DNA of 64,000 nucleotides from Octopus sinensis (taxonomy: Eukaryota). The translations under genes and the position numbers were made by a program. Each line of letters starts with the position of its first letter. The first letter of the stretch is position 1. The stretch lies in contig NC_043001.1 in the NCBI RefSeq assembly GCF_006345805.1, forward strand, positions 40,672,001 to 40,736,000. The letters are read 5' to 3'. Under the pieces are notes generated by a model. It saw nothing but the letters and a program-made list of their open reading frames with translations. It made no database searches and was not told where the DNA came from. Shown here piece by piece: positions 37,780-52,569 of this stretch.

Positions 37780-38990
37780 AGAAGGACCAATTTTAAAAGA
37801 CTACAATTTTACAGACTACATTAATGATGAATGACAGTAATTTTATTATTGTGGTTGGACTGGTAACTTCGACAGACATTTTGGGTAGCAATTCAAAGGT
37901 ATTCAGCAGGTGTATGGAGATTACAGCTTTGGCTCTAGATCTAACAAGATTACTGGAGTTCTGTGATGCAACACCAACTTCTGAAATCTAACCAACTATG
38001 TGATCATTTATCAATCTGGTGGACACACAAGTCAGATTGACAACATTCTCACCAGTGAATGGGATAGACAGATGCTTGCAAATGCAAGCATCCTTCTCTG
38101 GGACAAATGTTCAATCCAACATAGGCTAGTGGCTAGTAATTTCAGACTTAGAACTTTGAGTTAAAAGGACTCAAAGAAACAAACCTGTTTTCAAATAGGA
38201 AGATATGAAAGCTCAAAGTAACCAGCAAACAGTCAGAAATTTAGAGGAATTCTTCTTGAAGCATTTGATGAAGAGGAGTTAGAGATGTATGGTATAGAGG
38301 GCAGCTAGAAAAGTTACCATAGGACAAACTACCAAGGCTTCAGATCAAATGAGTGGCTGGTGCAAAGTCCTGGCCTTACTGAGGGTAACATGGTGATGGA
38401 ACAGTGGGATAGACAGAGCTATAAAAAGGAAAAGACAAGCTTAGAAAGCCTGGAAAAGTGGAGGTAGCAAGAGAATTATATCAGGTAGTCAGAAGGAAGG
38501 CTAGGTGACAGGTTTACATGGTAAAATGAGAAACAGAAAATAGGAGATTTAACAATGTTTTACAGCATGAGAATCAAAGTTGTGAGGTGTTTCAGATTAC
38601 AAGACAGTATATCTAAGAGAATTGAGATATTGTGGATGAGGAGTGTTTGCAAATGGATAATAGTAAGCTTCCTCTTAGTGATTCTGAAAAAAGAGGCTTG
38701 GAAATGTAACTTATCATCATCATTTAATGTTGGTCTTCCACACTAGCATTGGTGGGATGGAAAGACTATCATGAAAGACTATTAAATGTGGAGACTATTT
38801 GGGAGAAAGAGGGTCTTCTCAATGTGGATCCGACAGTGAGACTAACCATCCAAGCTGACAGCAATGATAGATAAAGCAACTGAGGATATGAAGGTAGGGA
38901 AAGTCGTGGTCCATCAGGAATTACTGCTGAGATGCTTAAAATATCTGGTGGAGTAGGATACAAACTAGTCACTTGTATAGTTAATCAGGA
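37780..38990 (+). mobile_element. Decayed RTE LINE (endonuclease to pre-RT region)
   Basis: IYQSGGHTSQIDNIL and MKVGK..GPSGITAEMLKISGGVGYKLVTCIVNQ. Confidence 0.8.
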
Positions 38991-40929
38991 AGATATCATA
39001 CCTATCCATGAACTGTGTACGCTGCAAGTCCTCACTATAGATTGAGTATAAGTTATTTGAGGTTTTAATTATTAACAAGTGCCATCTGTTAGTCTTATAT
39101 AATTAATTAATTTAAAAGAATTATTATTTTTTACATTTTAGTTTAAAGAAAAGGCAAGCCAGTGCCTTATGAAGTCTTTGCAGGCTCTCTGAGTTTGGTG
39201 AAGCGAGGATAACGTTCAGCTTGGAGGAGATGGGAAATGTTGGAGGAGACAGGTAGCACAAAAATCCAGAAGGTTGTAATTTCAGGGATAAAGATTTGAA
39301 TGAATTATTTCAATGGGTGTTTGTGATCAAGACAGAGTAGAGTGACAAGCAGAGGTTGAGTGAATTACTTGGTACATAGCTTGATAATTGAAGAAATAAA
39401 GGCTATTATAGAAATAGTAGAAGGAATTGAATGCCCTGGTATATTACTGAGCAAAAGCTTGTCAATTAATCAGATGATGTTTTGTGCAGTCTAAAATGTT
39501 TATGCATTTGGCAGCTGCTCTATAATAGAGAGCTGTATTTTTGTATTTTAGTGCAATGTGTACTTATGCCCTTGTATAGGGTCAGTAAATGAAGTTGTTT
39601 ATGATTCTACTGCTCTAAGAGATATCACAAGAAATCACTAAAATATTTGAGTTGAGCAAAAGTGTGTGTGTGTGTGTGTGTGTGTGTGCATACATATGTT
39701 GCGTGTGCTGATATACTACCAAATAGGGGTTCAACTGCTGTTTGCAAAGAGGCTTGGTCAAATGATAAAAAAGCAGCTGATAGAGTTAAAAATACACGGG
39801 ATGTTAGTGGCTGTTGAGAGTCAAGACAGAGGTAGGCTAAGGAAGATATGGAGGAAAGTAATTTGACCTGATCTAAGAAGGAGATAAAACTTTTTCAAGA
39901 GAAATAAATACATAAAGAGAGAAAAAGGAAGTGAGAGAGATAGAGAGAGAGAGAGAGAGAGATCTTGCAGATATGACCAGTCAAAGTTAGTAGGGAAAAT
40001 ATATTCTAAAGTGTTATTTTTTTATGATAACAAAAACATACTAGATTATATCAAAATATCTGCTCATTAGTGAAAATATACATGTTTATTTATAAAGATA
40101 CACACCACATGAAGGTTTGTCTAACATACATAGAACATACACATACATACAAAGAAAAAAAATGAAGAATTTATTTTATAATTCTAAATGCTAATACAAA
40201 ATCTTTGAACAAAGGACACTATCCTGTTTTCAAGAGGGATTGTTCTACTTAGTGACCATCTAAAAACAACTCCAATCTAATTTACACAATGTATCAGTCC
40301 AAGAGCTGGAATTCCACAACAGCTTGGGATTCTCTTATGTAGCAACTTTTACTATTCAAAGCTTGTAAAATATTGTATTAGAACAGAACTAGAAGAAAGT
40401 ATTCTCAGTCCCACAATTCTGACACTATTACCAACTAGTTCACTAACTTCTTAGCCCTTTAATTTCGAAATAGTAGACTGTCTGTGCGTTTTAATTAATT
40501 TTCAATATGAAAGGGATTTTGTGGGGGTTCAATAGTATATCTGTTCAACACCATGCCAATCCAAATTGAGTAGATCTACGAACAAAGATTTTCCAACCAT
40601 AACCATCCTGTTTAATGTAACTTGTGGTAGGGTGTGAAATGAGAGAGATATGACTGCATTTTTCCAGCAGCCAAACCTCCCTCATTTTACACCCTATCAT
40701 TTTGTTGAGTAACTACATGGCGGTTCCCTCATTATCTTGTTATGTGTTGGTAATATTATTATTAGTTTATTAGCTGAAATCTCATAAAATATGTAAACAT
40801 TATTTACGATATACAATATATAATATCATCATTTTTTCAAGAATGCATGGGTCAAATGGAATCTGTTGAGGCAGATGCCCTTCCTGTTATCAACCCACAT
40901 GTTTCAATGCAAGATAATAATGGTTTCAA

Positions 40930-41130
40930 ATTTTGGCACAAGGCTAGCTATTTCAGGGGAGGAGTGAAATCAATTACATCAATCCCAGTGCTCAACTGGT
41001 ACTTATTTTATCGACCCTGAAAGGATGGCTGGAAAAGTCAACCTTGGCAGAATTTGAACTGAGAATGTAAAGACAGAAAAAATGTCATTAAGCATTTTGC
41101 ATGGCATGTTATTGATTCTGCCAGCTCACA
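40930..41130 (-). mobile_element. SINE type A
   Basis: cccagtgctcaactggtacttattttatcgaccctgaaagga...gaatttgaactgagaatg. Confidence 0.8.
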
Positions 41131-41469
41131 ACCTTCTCCAAGCAAAATAATATCAGAAACAAATTGGATTGGGACAAAATGGCACTCATCACATTTACAA
41201 CCATCATACAGCAAGGACACACACACATACATTGAAACAAAGACTGGAATATGTGGCATTTAAAAAAAAACAGGACTACATATTCCAGCATTTGTTTTAC
41301 TACATACTTACTCAGCAAATGTTATAATTCATCAGGAATTTTATTTTATATGTATGAGTTTCTCATTCAAAATAAAACATTGACATACATACATGATTAC
41401 TGGAACATAAAGCTATACTTCTCAAGGACACAGTTCGGATTATAATCCCTTCTACATATATGTATATAT

Positions 41470-41640
41470 ACACATATTTGTGAGTGTACACATACACACA
41501 ATGGGCTTCTTTCAGTTTCTGCCTACAAAATCCACTCACAAGATAGCAAGAGGCTAAAGTAGTAGACACTTGCCCATAGTGCTACAGAGTAGGACTGAGC
41601 CTGAAATCACATGGTTGCGAAGCAAGCTTCTTACCCACAT
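41470..41640 (-). mobile_element. SINE type B
   Basis: gggcttctttcagtttctgcctacaaaatccactcacaag...cacatggttgcgaagcaagcttcttaccc. Confidence 0.78.
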
Positions 41641-42219
41641 AAACACAATTCATTTATTTAACAGTCTCCTTAACAGGAAAGATATGGTAATCCTTGTTAT
41701 TTTCACACTGCTAGCTGCAATCATTGTAAAAAAAAAATTTCTTTAATCACTAAAAAATTTATTTGAAATGAAGCATTTTACTAATATTAACAGATGTTTA
41801 ACTGGAGAAATTTTGGATCAGAATAAATTATTATTGATTAGTTTCTCATAAAATATTCAGTTGGTTTTTTTTTTTTAGCTGATAATCCCAATATCTGTTC
41901 ATATTATGTATAGTATCACTCACTATACACACTGAACATGTATTCAGTGTTGGTCACAGCAAATCATTAAAACCAAAAATGTCTCATTTCTGCAAAGGTA
42001 GTGCTTAAAACTAGGAAAATTCTCAAATGGTGTTAATAATATAAAAGTATAGCAGCCAAATGAACATGGTACCAAGCTCATGAGTCTTTAACTCAAATTT
42101 ATTGTAGGTATTTTGTAGTGTATTTGGACACTGTACTTGATTCTGTATGTCTTAGTTTATCCAGCTGTCAGGAATAATAAACAGGATCTCTTACCGTTTA
42201 TCTTTTACTTGCATCAGCC

Positions 42220-42680
42220 ATGCTGAGGCACACCGCCTTGAGGAACTTTAATCAAAGTAATTGATTTTCTTTTTAAGCCTGGTATTTATTCCATCAATCT
42301 CTTTGGCTGAGTTACAGACATAAACACACCAACACTAGTTGTGTGTTGGTTGTCAAGCAATGGTAGAGGATAAACAGAGACATGCACACACACACACGAA
42401 GATGAACACCCTTAACATGAAACCAATGTAGCCTTAATAGACAAATAAAGAATCTTTATCTACCAATATGTTGTTGAGCACTCATTCTCATTGTTTGATA
42501 TTTATGTGTGTGTGTGTGTGCGTGTATGACAGGCTTCTTTCAGTTTCTGTCAACCAAATTCACGCAACAGCTTTAGCCAGCCCGAGGCTATAGCAGAAGA
42601 CACTTGCCCAACATGCCACACAGTGGATTGAACCCAGAACCAAGTGATTGGGAAGCAAACTTCTTACCACACATCCACTA
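42220..42680 (-). mobile_element. SINE type B with internal unrelated insert (~42397-42505)
   Basis: Tail and head modules match the 45560 copy. Confidence 0.7.
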
Positions 42681-42689
42681 AATTCGTCT

Positions 42690-43597
42690 AAAGAGTTTTT
42701 CTATGGTCTGGAAAACTACAAAGCACTGGAGCATAGTCCTTATGAAACAAGACCCATTTCCTCAGTTTCTCAGGGAGTTTGGTCTTTTATAACTGCCTTA
42801 GTGAGTTGGCTTAAATCAATAAACACAACATCCTTTGCATCCATAAAGCCGAGGCCATCAGCTTCCCTGCAGATGAAATGATTGTGGCCTTCTTTGGAGC
42901 AGATGAGGAGGGTGTTCCCACTGCATGGATTGTCTCGTCTCTGGCTCAAAGTGATGAACCCAACACACACCCTCGCTTAAGAAACTTTCCAGGAAACCAG
43001 CTGGATCTGCCTGAAACAATGTCAGATTTCCCCATGATATAATCAGCCTGATGTGCTTTTGATCAGGTGTCAGAAGACGTGGCACCTACTGAGCACTGAC
43101 TCTCATCAAGCCAAGTTCATTGTGCAGAATATTCTCAACTCTCTCATGGGATATGCTAATAGCATTGGTTATTTGATTTATTGTCAATTGCCTATCATCT
43201 ATCACCATGTGATGAACACGGTCAATGTTTTTGTTGGTGGTGGTAGTTGCAGGACCTCTAGACCTTGGTTCATCTTTCAAGACTTTCCCTTCCCCACCTA
43301 AATTCAGCTGCCCACTTTTGCACAAGTCATCTCCTTATATGGCAACCATGTCAGCATGAATGTCCTGGGGTGGGGGTATTAAACCCATTTTTGAAGGTAC
43401 TTGATAACACCATGATGCCAAATTTTGTTGATTTTAAAGAGACATTGTTACTAGATACTTATGAAGTCTTCTTTGGACAGTCGGATGTCAGTTTAGCTGG
43501 AAAAAAAGAATGCAGTTATCAGAGTTGAAATGAATGCATGCAAGATTTTACAGCTCTAACATTGCTCCTTTATAGTCAGACCATGAACTTTTCAGCA
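42690..43597 (-). mobile_element. 3'-truncated decayed mariner
   Basis: TIR-like gtgctgaaaagttc; peptides IWHHGVIKYL, KDEPRSRGP, VSAQ*VPRLLTPDQK and WVHHFEPET. Confidence 0.85.
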
Positions 43598-45559
43598 CAC
43601 AGACATAAACTTTTATGATATTTGTTAAAACATTTAAAAAAAGATGAATTGAGTTTTTAAAAAAAATTATAATAATCTCAACAATAAATGGAAATATAAA
43701 CTATAATCTAGTATGATTTTTTTTCCTTTTATTGAAAATGATAGCAATAAAATTATGTAGGAGATTCATTTCTTAAGTAGGTTTTGTATATTCAAGGATT
43801 AGAGAATATGAAAGCTAATGTGTCAACATGTTTGATGTTAAATGTTTGATGTTAAAATAAAACCAAAAATCAAATGCTGCAAGTAAATAAGTTACTGGGA
43901 AATATGAAAAAAAAGAAGAAAAAAAAGAAAGAAAATGTGAAAAGAGTTGTCTACATTTAATGGAAAAAGTAAATTTATCTAGGTTATCAGTGACAGTGAT
44001 TATCAGGGTACAGGAATTTGTCACGTTTTAAGGACTAACATTGATGGCTTATCAAAGATTAAGAAGATTATCATACATTAAGAAGATTTTCATTGAAAAT
44101 CATACAGCAGAATATCTTAGCAAGCTTTCTTTTCTGAGAGGAAAAGTTGGAATAAGAGAAGAGAGAACACTACATCCTGATGAGCATATGTCTGGTTTGA
44201 GTGATAATCTAATGGTTATACACACACAAAACAACATCGCTTAACTCTATAGAGATGGAGAAAACTGATGTGAATAGTACCATTTTTAGGAGGCACATAC
44301 AAAATAAGCAAATATTATTTAAAAATTTATTAAAAAATATCTATCTCAGTAGAGATAAATATTCTTAAAGGATATCAGCTCTGTCTTCTCCCTAGCACAA
44401 AAAATAGTGGATTGCTAGATCAGCTAAGGTTGTTGTTATATAAACCAAGAGACTACTTGTCTGAACTTGCAATTCTACTTCTAATACCAACTATTATTTT
44501 TGTGTCCCTTTAATTCAAGTGTAGTTTATGGCAAGAGAAACAACACTATGTGTATCTCAGTTTTTCAAATAAGTTCATGGTATGACAGGAGGTGACTAGG
44601 AAAGGCATCAAGTCTTAAAACATTGTCACAAAAAGGCCCAACATATGCTAGCATGGAAAAAAGTAGAGGTAAAAATTATGATTATGCTGAAAATAATAAT
44701 AATAGTTTAAAAGGAAAAGGCAATTTCACTTCTGATGAAACATATTTGTCTATCGCAACCTTAGTAAATTTGAATTTTTGACAATGAAACTGTTTGTCAT
44801 CATTAAACTTTCACAGTATGATAGTGTGCTTTACCTGGTGAATAATAAATTTGAAATAGAAAGTTACACTAAAAAAATGAAACAAATTATGTACTTCCCT
44901 TAATATAAGGGGAAAAAACTCAAACAAATAAAAAGGTACAGATCACCACCACCACACGCAACATAGTGGAATATACGATTGAGATGTGGACTCTGCATGT
45001 CATGTTGCAGGCTTAAAAAGGCAGTAACTCCAAATAAGAACTGATCCTTGTACAGGACAACTTCTCTACTACCTGTTGCACAGCGAAATGAACCCACTAC
45101 ATTGTAAAATCATTGGTAGTAGGCAGAATATTCTGTCATAAAAAAAAAAAACATGTAAAAAATGGGATGTTTGAATGAAATGTGGTCTTCTAAAGGTTGA
45201 ATTGCAGGCTACCTGTCTTGGAGAACAGTAATGCTGAATAAGATCTGATACAGCAGAGAGGAGGTTTATTAGTCCTCCTCAATAGGTCGACATCTCTTGT
45301 GCCAATGGCACAACAAAAACAAGCCTAGCTCACATTGTAAGACACAGAATATCAAAATTGGCTTGTTTTCTTTGTTGCTGTGGGTGCATGAATGCCAGAA
45401 TGTGTAACTGAGTAAACTGAAAGAATGCTTCATTCAGTTTCTGAATTGAAAGTACACAAGGGAGTTAATTGCACAAGTATGATCATGCTATATAAATAAA
45501 TAGTATGGGCTTAAATGAAAATATGACATAAACTAGTGATACAAAATACCCATAGCGTA

Positions 45560-45950
45560 GGCGTAGGAGTGGCTGTGTGACCACATGGTTCTGGGTTCAG
45601 TCCCACTGCGTGGCACCTTGGGCAAGTGCTTTCTACTATAGCCTCGGGCTGACCAAAGCCTTGTGAGTGGATTTGGTAGACGGAAACTGAAAGAAGCCCG
45701 TCGTATATATGCATATATATATATATGCGTGTGTGTCTTTGTGTGTCTGTGTTTGTCCCCCTAGCATTGCTTGACAACCGATGCTGGTGTTTTTATGTCC
45801 CCGTTACTTAGCGGTTCGGCAAAAGAGACCGATAGAATAAGTACTGGGCTTACAAAAAGAATAAGTCCCGGGGTCGAGCTGCTCGATTAAAAGGCGGTGC
45901 TCCAGCATGGCCGCAGTCAAATGACTGAAACAAGTAAAAGAGTAAAAGAG
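45560..45950 (+). mobile_element. Well-preserved SINE type B with (TAAAAGAG)n tail
   Basis: ggcgtaggagtggctgtgtg...gggttcagtcccactgcgtggcaccttgggcaagtg...ggcggtgctccagcatggccgcagtc...gtaaaagagtaaaagag. Confidence 0.9.
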
Positions 45951-46963
45951 ATAGCCAAGGACAGTGTAGGAGTAAGTGGTGAGATCAACTTTGTAGATGC
46001 TGGGACTTATGAATGAGATAAAATAGGACTGAGATTAGTGTTAATATATTTTATGGCAGTCCAAACCAATCCATGCTAGCATAGAAAAAGATGGTTGTAA
46101 AACTGATAATTATGTGTATATGTAAGTTTATATGCACAAATATATGTATGGGTATATGAACAAATGCATGAATGTATGTATGTATGTATTTGTGTTGCTG
46201 TTATTGAAGGTATCAACTTAAATTCCTCAGTTATGTAAGAAGACTCAAACTTTAACTCTGAATAATACATTTATAATATGCCCCCACCCCCAGCAGAGAA
46301 ACTGAACTCAGGAAGCATTTTGTATGTAAGTTAGGATCAGTTCAAAAGCTATAATTACAAAGAAATTATATACCTGCCTGAGCAGCCAAACTATCATCCT
46401 GCATTAAAGTTGAGATATAGAAATATATAAACCACATTTTGAGAGACCCCCGCCCCCCAATAAAACTTCAAATGGGAGAAATATTTTGGAAAAGAAAAAG
46501 AAAGAACTTAAAGAAAACTGAGAAATGATCATTATCTTGTGGAAAACAATAATAAAGGGCTTCAGATGATGAAAGAGCTAAACATACACACCCAAGACAG
46601 AGGGGTAGGGTGGGGAACAGAGAAAGATGTGTTATTATGGTCTTGGGAAGTCATAAGATGTATATTAAATCTGTTAGCAATTTTATTTTGAAATTTTTGG
46701 ACAGAATTTAACTGATAAATCTTCTATATGTAGTTGTTAACAGCATCAATGGAAACAATGGCAATAAAAAAATATTTTGATAGATATCAATAAATCTTCT
46801 CTGCATATTTTCTAATAATATTCTGTACAAATCTGTGGGACAAAAACAGACAAATCTCTTTAAAAAAGAAAAAAAACCCAGAAACCAAAAACACATCTAG
46901 TTTACCTGAAATATATATTTTTGAAAAATATTAAAATGGCACATACAAGAAATTTAGAAGTGG

Positions 46964-47003
<40 letters not shown>

Positions 47004-48019
47004 CTAGTGATACATTTAATGCATCAATATAATGGTGAAAACAAATAGTAATTCTAGTAAGTTTGTCCAGAGGGAAGAAAGAACAATCAATATCAATTTG
47101 GATTATGATAAAACAACAAAAGAAGGCATTGAAGTAGAATAAATACAGAAGATTTATGATTCCAAATAAACAAAATAGTTTGGCCAATTTCATGTTCCAG
47201 AACATGTTGAAAGGGAAAAATAATAGTGTTATTACCAATAGAACTCAATCTCTTGGTTACCATAATTTAGTATTGCTGAAGATAAGGGTGAATTTATGGT
47301 TACTTTGGGTTAAGTTACGCCCCTTGAAAAAGACGTCTAGAAGTTATCTCTTATCCAATCAGTATATTAAAAGTCTTTACTAAAGCTTAAGAAGTAATAT
47401 TTTATTCCTCTTAACAAAGAACTTATTGGTTCTAACAAGCAATTTTCTTTTGATATCATTCCAACATACACAGTGCATGTATAGAGTATGAATACATGGG
47501 GCTCTTTGTTTAAGAGATGAAGGTTAAGTTGCCCAAAATTTATACAGATAAAAACAGAAATACTGATTTTTAATAGTCTTTTTAATCAATTACCAAATGC
47601 ACAGATAGCATAAATCTGAAAACATGAGACTTAATATTGTTTTCTGTCTTTCTTAACAGCAAAGATATATATTACTTGAACAACATTTTTAACAACAGGC
47701 ATGTCGGCATACTTTCATTCAATATTTAGTATTGCTATGCTGTTTTGTCATGTTAAACCCATTGTACTCCTCAGATATGGTTTCATTTGCTGCTGAAGGA
47801 ATGCTCTACAGAAAATGATACAGGAGGAATGGTAGCCAAGATTGCAAGCCTTGGTTGGTGAATTTATTAATGGAAGCACCAGTGAATCAAACTATCAAAG
47901 ACTACCATCGCATACCTATCATTTGTTTGTGAATAATGTCATTGTGGAAATGGAATCATGATTTAAGGGTTAATTAGCAAGACATGACTTGTGTACTTTC
48001 CTAACATAAATTCTGTTGT

Positions 48020-48185
48020 GTGATCATCATCATCATCATCATCATTTAACGTACGTTTTCCATGCTAGCATGGGTTGGACGGTTCGACCAGGGTCTGGTA
48101 AGCCATGGAGGCTGCACCAGGCTCCAGTCTGATTTGGCTGTGTTTCTACAGCTGGATGCCCTTCCTAACGCCAACCACTCATGAA
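48020..48185 (-). mobile_element. RTE-tail-derived short element
   Basis: (cat)n-ttaacgtacgttttccatgctagcatgggttgg...ggatgcccttcctaacgccaaccac. Confidence 0.8.
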
Positions 48186-49614
48186 TCAGGTAAATAACTT
48201 GTTGCATCACATTATGGTGTTGATCTGGATCTACTAAAGACAAAAAAGTCAGCACAACCAATCCAATTAAGAAGTCAAAATTGCTTCTAGTATTCAATAA
48301 TGTACTTATATTCATATATGTTTTAAGGTCTTGATCATTATATCAGGTCAAGTAATATTTTAACAATATGAGGCAATTGTTCTAGCATAGCTTTTATAGA
48401 AAGTTCTAGAGGCTCAGAATAGTTTCTAAGACATTGCAGAGTGGTTCAGCATCTATCATTTTATTTTAGAAAGCAAGATTCAGGATGTGCCTATAACAAT
48501 GAACATGGCAAACAGAAAACATATTTCTTTTATTGCCAAACATCAATAAGCACCATTTGTATTTGCTGTGCCAATGAAACAATCAAGTTTCAGTTTCTGC
48601 TTCTCAAATACATTTTTGACTTATTCATAGAGATGCTTCATCCAGTTTGCTGTAGGTATTTCTGAGCAGAACACACTATTCTCCATGCTTTAGTTTACCA
48701 GATTGTTATACATAGGTACCACAACATCTCAGAATACCATCTGCAATAGTTTGGCATCTTATTGAGGGAGGATTTATCTGTCATTTACATCATGATTTAA
48801 AAAGTAGAGCACTAAACAAAGGGTCTCAGCGTTCAGGAGATTTTACTTTTGTGTTGGGGAGCACTGATTCTTCTGCTGTAGCCATAACCCCCTTCTTGCC
48901 TATTATTACTGTGAGGCATGGGTTTATCAGTCACATGTGTGCAGTAATGTGCATTTCAGTTCTCTCTGGTGATTTCTCAAGTTAGTTCTTTGCTTTAATT
49001 GTCTTTAAATTCTTTCTCACGACTTGATATTTAATTTCCTTTGCTTTTGTTACTATGATGTCATTGTCATCATCAGTATCATGATGATGATGGATGTAAA
49101 AATAGGAGACAACAAGTGCAAAACATCTCTGCATCACACTTGAATACTGAGACACCATTTATCTCAAATTGTTTTAGCAAAGTGAAATTATTTACTTAAG
49201 TTCAGAAGATGGTGCCTCAGAATATCCATAACTGAATAACTGAAACAAGTGAAAAGAGTAGAAGAATAAAAGAACATCATAATGTTAGCCCTTTTGTAAC
49301 CATATTTCCACTGAAATACACTGAATCTGAACTAATTTTGAAAGTAGTGAAGAATTTAGTGAAATAACTTTGTCATTATTAAGCTGCTGTACAGAAGTTT
49401 TATCAATATAGAATTTTGATTCAAGGTTTTGATTTAGACCACTTCAAAACAGCAAGTTTATATCATGAAGCCAGCTGCAGTCTCAGGTGGATTGGTATCA
49501 AAAGAATTAAATATTTATCTCTCTCACATAAGCATACACAAAAAGGTCAAACGAAGTACAACCATGCTTGTTTGGAATAAGGAACAGTAAAAAAACAAAT
49601 ATATATATATATAT

Positions 49615-50055
49615 CATCATCATTTAATATCTGCTTTCCATGTGGGCTTGAATTGGACGGTTTGACAGAAGCTGGCCAACTGAGGAGCTGCTCAATTTCC
49701 AACTGTGTTTTGACATGGCTTTTATGGCTGGATGCCCTTCCTAATTTCACAAAATGTACAGGGTGCTTTTACGTGGCACTCTGACATAGGCACTTTTATG
49801 TGGCACAGGCACTTCTATGTAGCATTGGCACTGTTGCTTTTCCAAGTAAACTGCCAGAAGTCCTGGTCCCTTGTCATCTCCTCTGTGAGGCCCAATGTCT
49901 GAAGATCTTTTCTCACTAATTCATCCCACAGCTTCCTGGGTCTACCACTTCCACAGGTTCCCTCCACAATTAGATATGAGCACTTCTTTGTGCAGTTGTC
50001 CTCATCCATAAGCATCACATGATCATACCAGTGCAGTTTTCTCTCTTGCACACTA
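49615..50055 (-). mobile_element. RTE LINE 3' fragment
   Basis: ORF 49815..50051 QERKLHWYDHVMLM...GRPRKLWDELVRKDL plus the tail. Confidence 0.85.
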
Positions 50056-51181
50056 TAACTGATTCATCATATACTCAAATTACTCTTAAATCCTTTAAAC
50101 TTTGTCATATATGCACACTGACATATATATATATATATGTATGTATATGATAAATGACCTGACTGAAATGAGTAAAGTTTGGTACCAAGAATCGCAGAAG
50201 AAACATTTGATAAAAGGAGTTCTAATTGTGTAATAGTTATAAACCACACTCGAGGGAAAGTTATTAATTTTCAAGAAATTTTCATTGAATAGAACATTTG
50301 GGAAAATTTTGGCATTAACCATAGCAAATATATTATGAATCAATACTCAGTTTTTGAGATTTATATATTTAAGTCCTTCAGCACAAATACTTAGCATTCA
50401 TTAAAGGAACTGATTAAGGAATAAAATAACACAAGAAAAGTTGTATGAATGAAAGACTCCTAGAGATTTAAAGCACAGTCATGACAGAATAGGAAAAAAT
50501 AAATTCAATGCTTGAATTTGAGAGAATAATTCCAACCATTTCAGTGAGAAAGAATAGCATTGAAGATGGGTGGCTGAACAGGTGGTGTGAGCTTTGTGAA
50601 AATCTAAATGGAAATTTTCAATTCCCAGGAGTGAAGGTGAATTTAAAATGGAAAGAAGAAGAAGAAAGAGGAAGAGAAAGTGGATGAAGAGAAAGTGGAC
50701 GAAGAGAAAGAGGAGGAAGAGGTGACCCCCAACACCGCTGCTGTAACTGCCACCACCACAGCTGCTGTTACCATTATTGTTTAATAGTAATGTTTATAGT
50801 TTTATTGAGGAAGGTTATAAGATTGTTTTCTTCAAGATAGATATAGTGGAAACTATAGCATTATTCTATTATAGACGCACACATCAACATCAAGACTGTG
50901 AACCTGCTAATTAAAGAAGAGCTGGTACAATCTGACAAGTAGTTATATCTAATAAGCAGTTATATGTAACTAGAATAATGTTAGGTAACCCATAATATTG
51001 TCTCTAATCACCATATTTAACCTTACTCTGATTATTTCTGATGTTGAAAGCATTGAGAATAATTAAATGCACCCGTTTATTATATGTACCTATATTGAGT
51101 TCAGAAAGCTGTGTATGCATGTATGATACACATGTACACACAGCTGTCTCTCTCACACGTGTAGATATACCTGTATACATA

Positions 51182-52427
51182 CAGGGGTTGGACAAAATAA
51201 TGGAAACACTTAGCATCATAGCATCATAATTTTGAAATATCTATAAAACTGTCAAAAGTTTGTTTATTTTTATGTTTTTTGATTTATTATTAGTTTGCTT
51301 AATATGTTTTGCTAAAATTGCTGTTTCTTTTCAGATATCACCAGAAAAAAGTAATTAAAATTCATTAAAATGACAGATTTATCGGACTTTCAAAGAGGTC
51401 AAATTGTTGGTGCTCGTATGGCAGATGCTAGCATAATGAAAACAGTTGAAATGTCTGGTGTATCAAGAAGTAGTGTCTCGAAAGTAATGACAGCCTTTGA
51501 GAAAGAGGGAAAAACTTCCTCATTGAAACAAAACACTAGAAGAAAACCAAAACATTCCAATAGGGACTGTCAGACTCTTACGTGAATTGTTAGAAAGGAT
51601 CACAAAAGTAGAGCTCCCAAAATTACTGCAGAGTTTAACGACCACCTCAAGAACCCAGTTTCCTCAAAAATTGTTTGCTGGGAGCTGCACAAAGCCGGAT
51701 TTCATGGGAGGGCTGCAATCAGAAAACCACTACTTTCAAAAACAAATGTTGCAAAGCGTTTAGAATTGGTCCCTTGAGTAGTAGAAGCATGTTACTTTCT
51801 CAGATGAGTCATCCATTACCTTATTTCTGACCACTGGCTGGGTATACATGTGGAGATAGCCAAAAGAAGTATTTGACCCAGACAGCCTTCTTCCAACTGT
51901 TAAACATGGAGGAGGATCTGTGATGATCTGGGGGGCTATATCTTGGAAATCTGCCAGCCCAATGGCAGAATTAATAGTCAAGACTATTTAAGCATCTTAT
52001 CTAATCAAATTTACCCTATGGTTGCAAACTGTTTCTGGATGGAAACTCAACCTTTCAGGATGATAATGCACCAATTCACACAGCTACTGAATGGCATGGG
52101 GAACATTCTACTGAAGTTGAACATCTTATCTGGCCTCCACAGTCTCCAGATCTCAATATTATTGAACATTTATGGTGCATTTTAGCAAAACAAGTAAGGA
52201 GTCGATTTTAGAAAAACAAGTGAAGAGTCCACCATCATTACTACAAGAACTGGAGAATGTTTTAGCGAAAGAATGGACAAAAATTCCTTTGGAAACAATT
52301 CAAACTTTGCACGAGTCCTTGCCTCGTAGAATTCAAGCTGCAATTACTGCCGAAGGTGGTCCTACCCCATATTAAAATAAATTTGTTTGAAATTTTAAGG
52401 TGTTTCCATTATTTTGTCCAACCCCTG
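51182..52427 (+). mobile_element. Tc1-like element, 1246 bp, perfect 28-bp TIRs, TA TSD, disrupted transposase
   Basis: TA|caggggttggacaaaataatggaaacac...gtgtttccattattttgtccaacccctg|TA; peptides MTDLSDFQRGQIVGAR, FSDES and TVKHGGGSVMIWG, with stops and frameshifts. Confidence 0.95.
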
Positions 52428-52569
52428 TATATACATACCTACATACTTAATGATTGATTGAATGTGCATATGTGTGTGTGTGTATATGAGTGTATATGAG
52501 AAAATGGAGGAAGAGAGAGAGAGAGAGAGAGAGGTGGGTTCAATGCAAACACACACACACACACACAAG

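Noticed and set aside
47315-47345. GTC TTT TTC AAG on the minus strand as the VFKK exon
   Set aside because: It does not continue as KKSSPNGK.
48215-48300. Minus-strand ...LVDP... as the missing arrestin exon
   Set aside because: No YLGKRDF motif upstream and no suitable donor.
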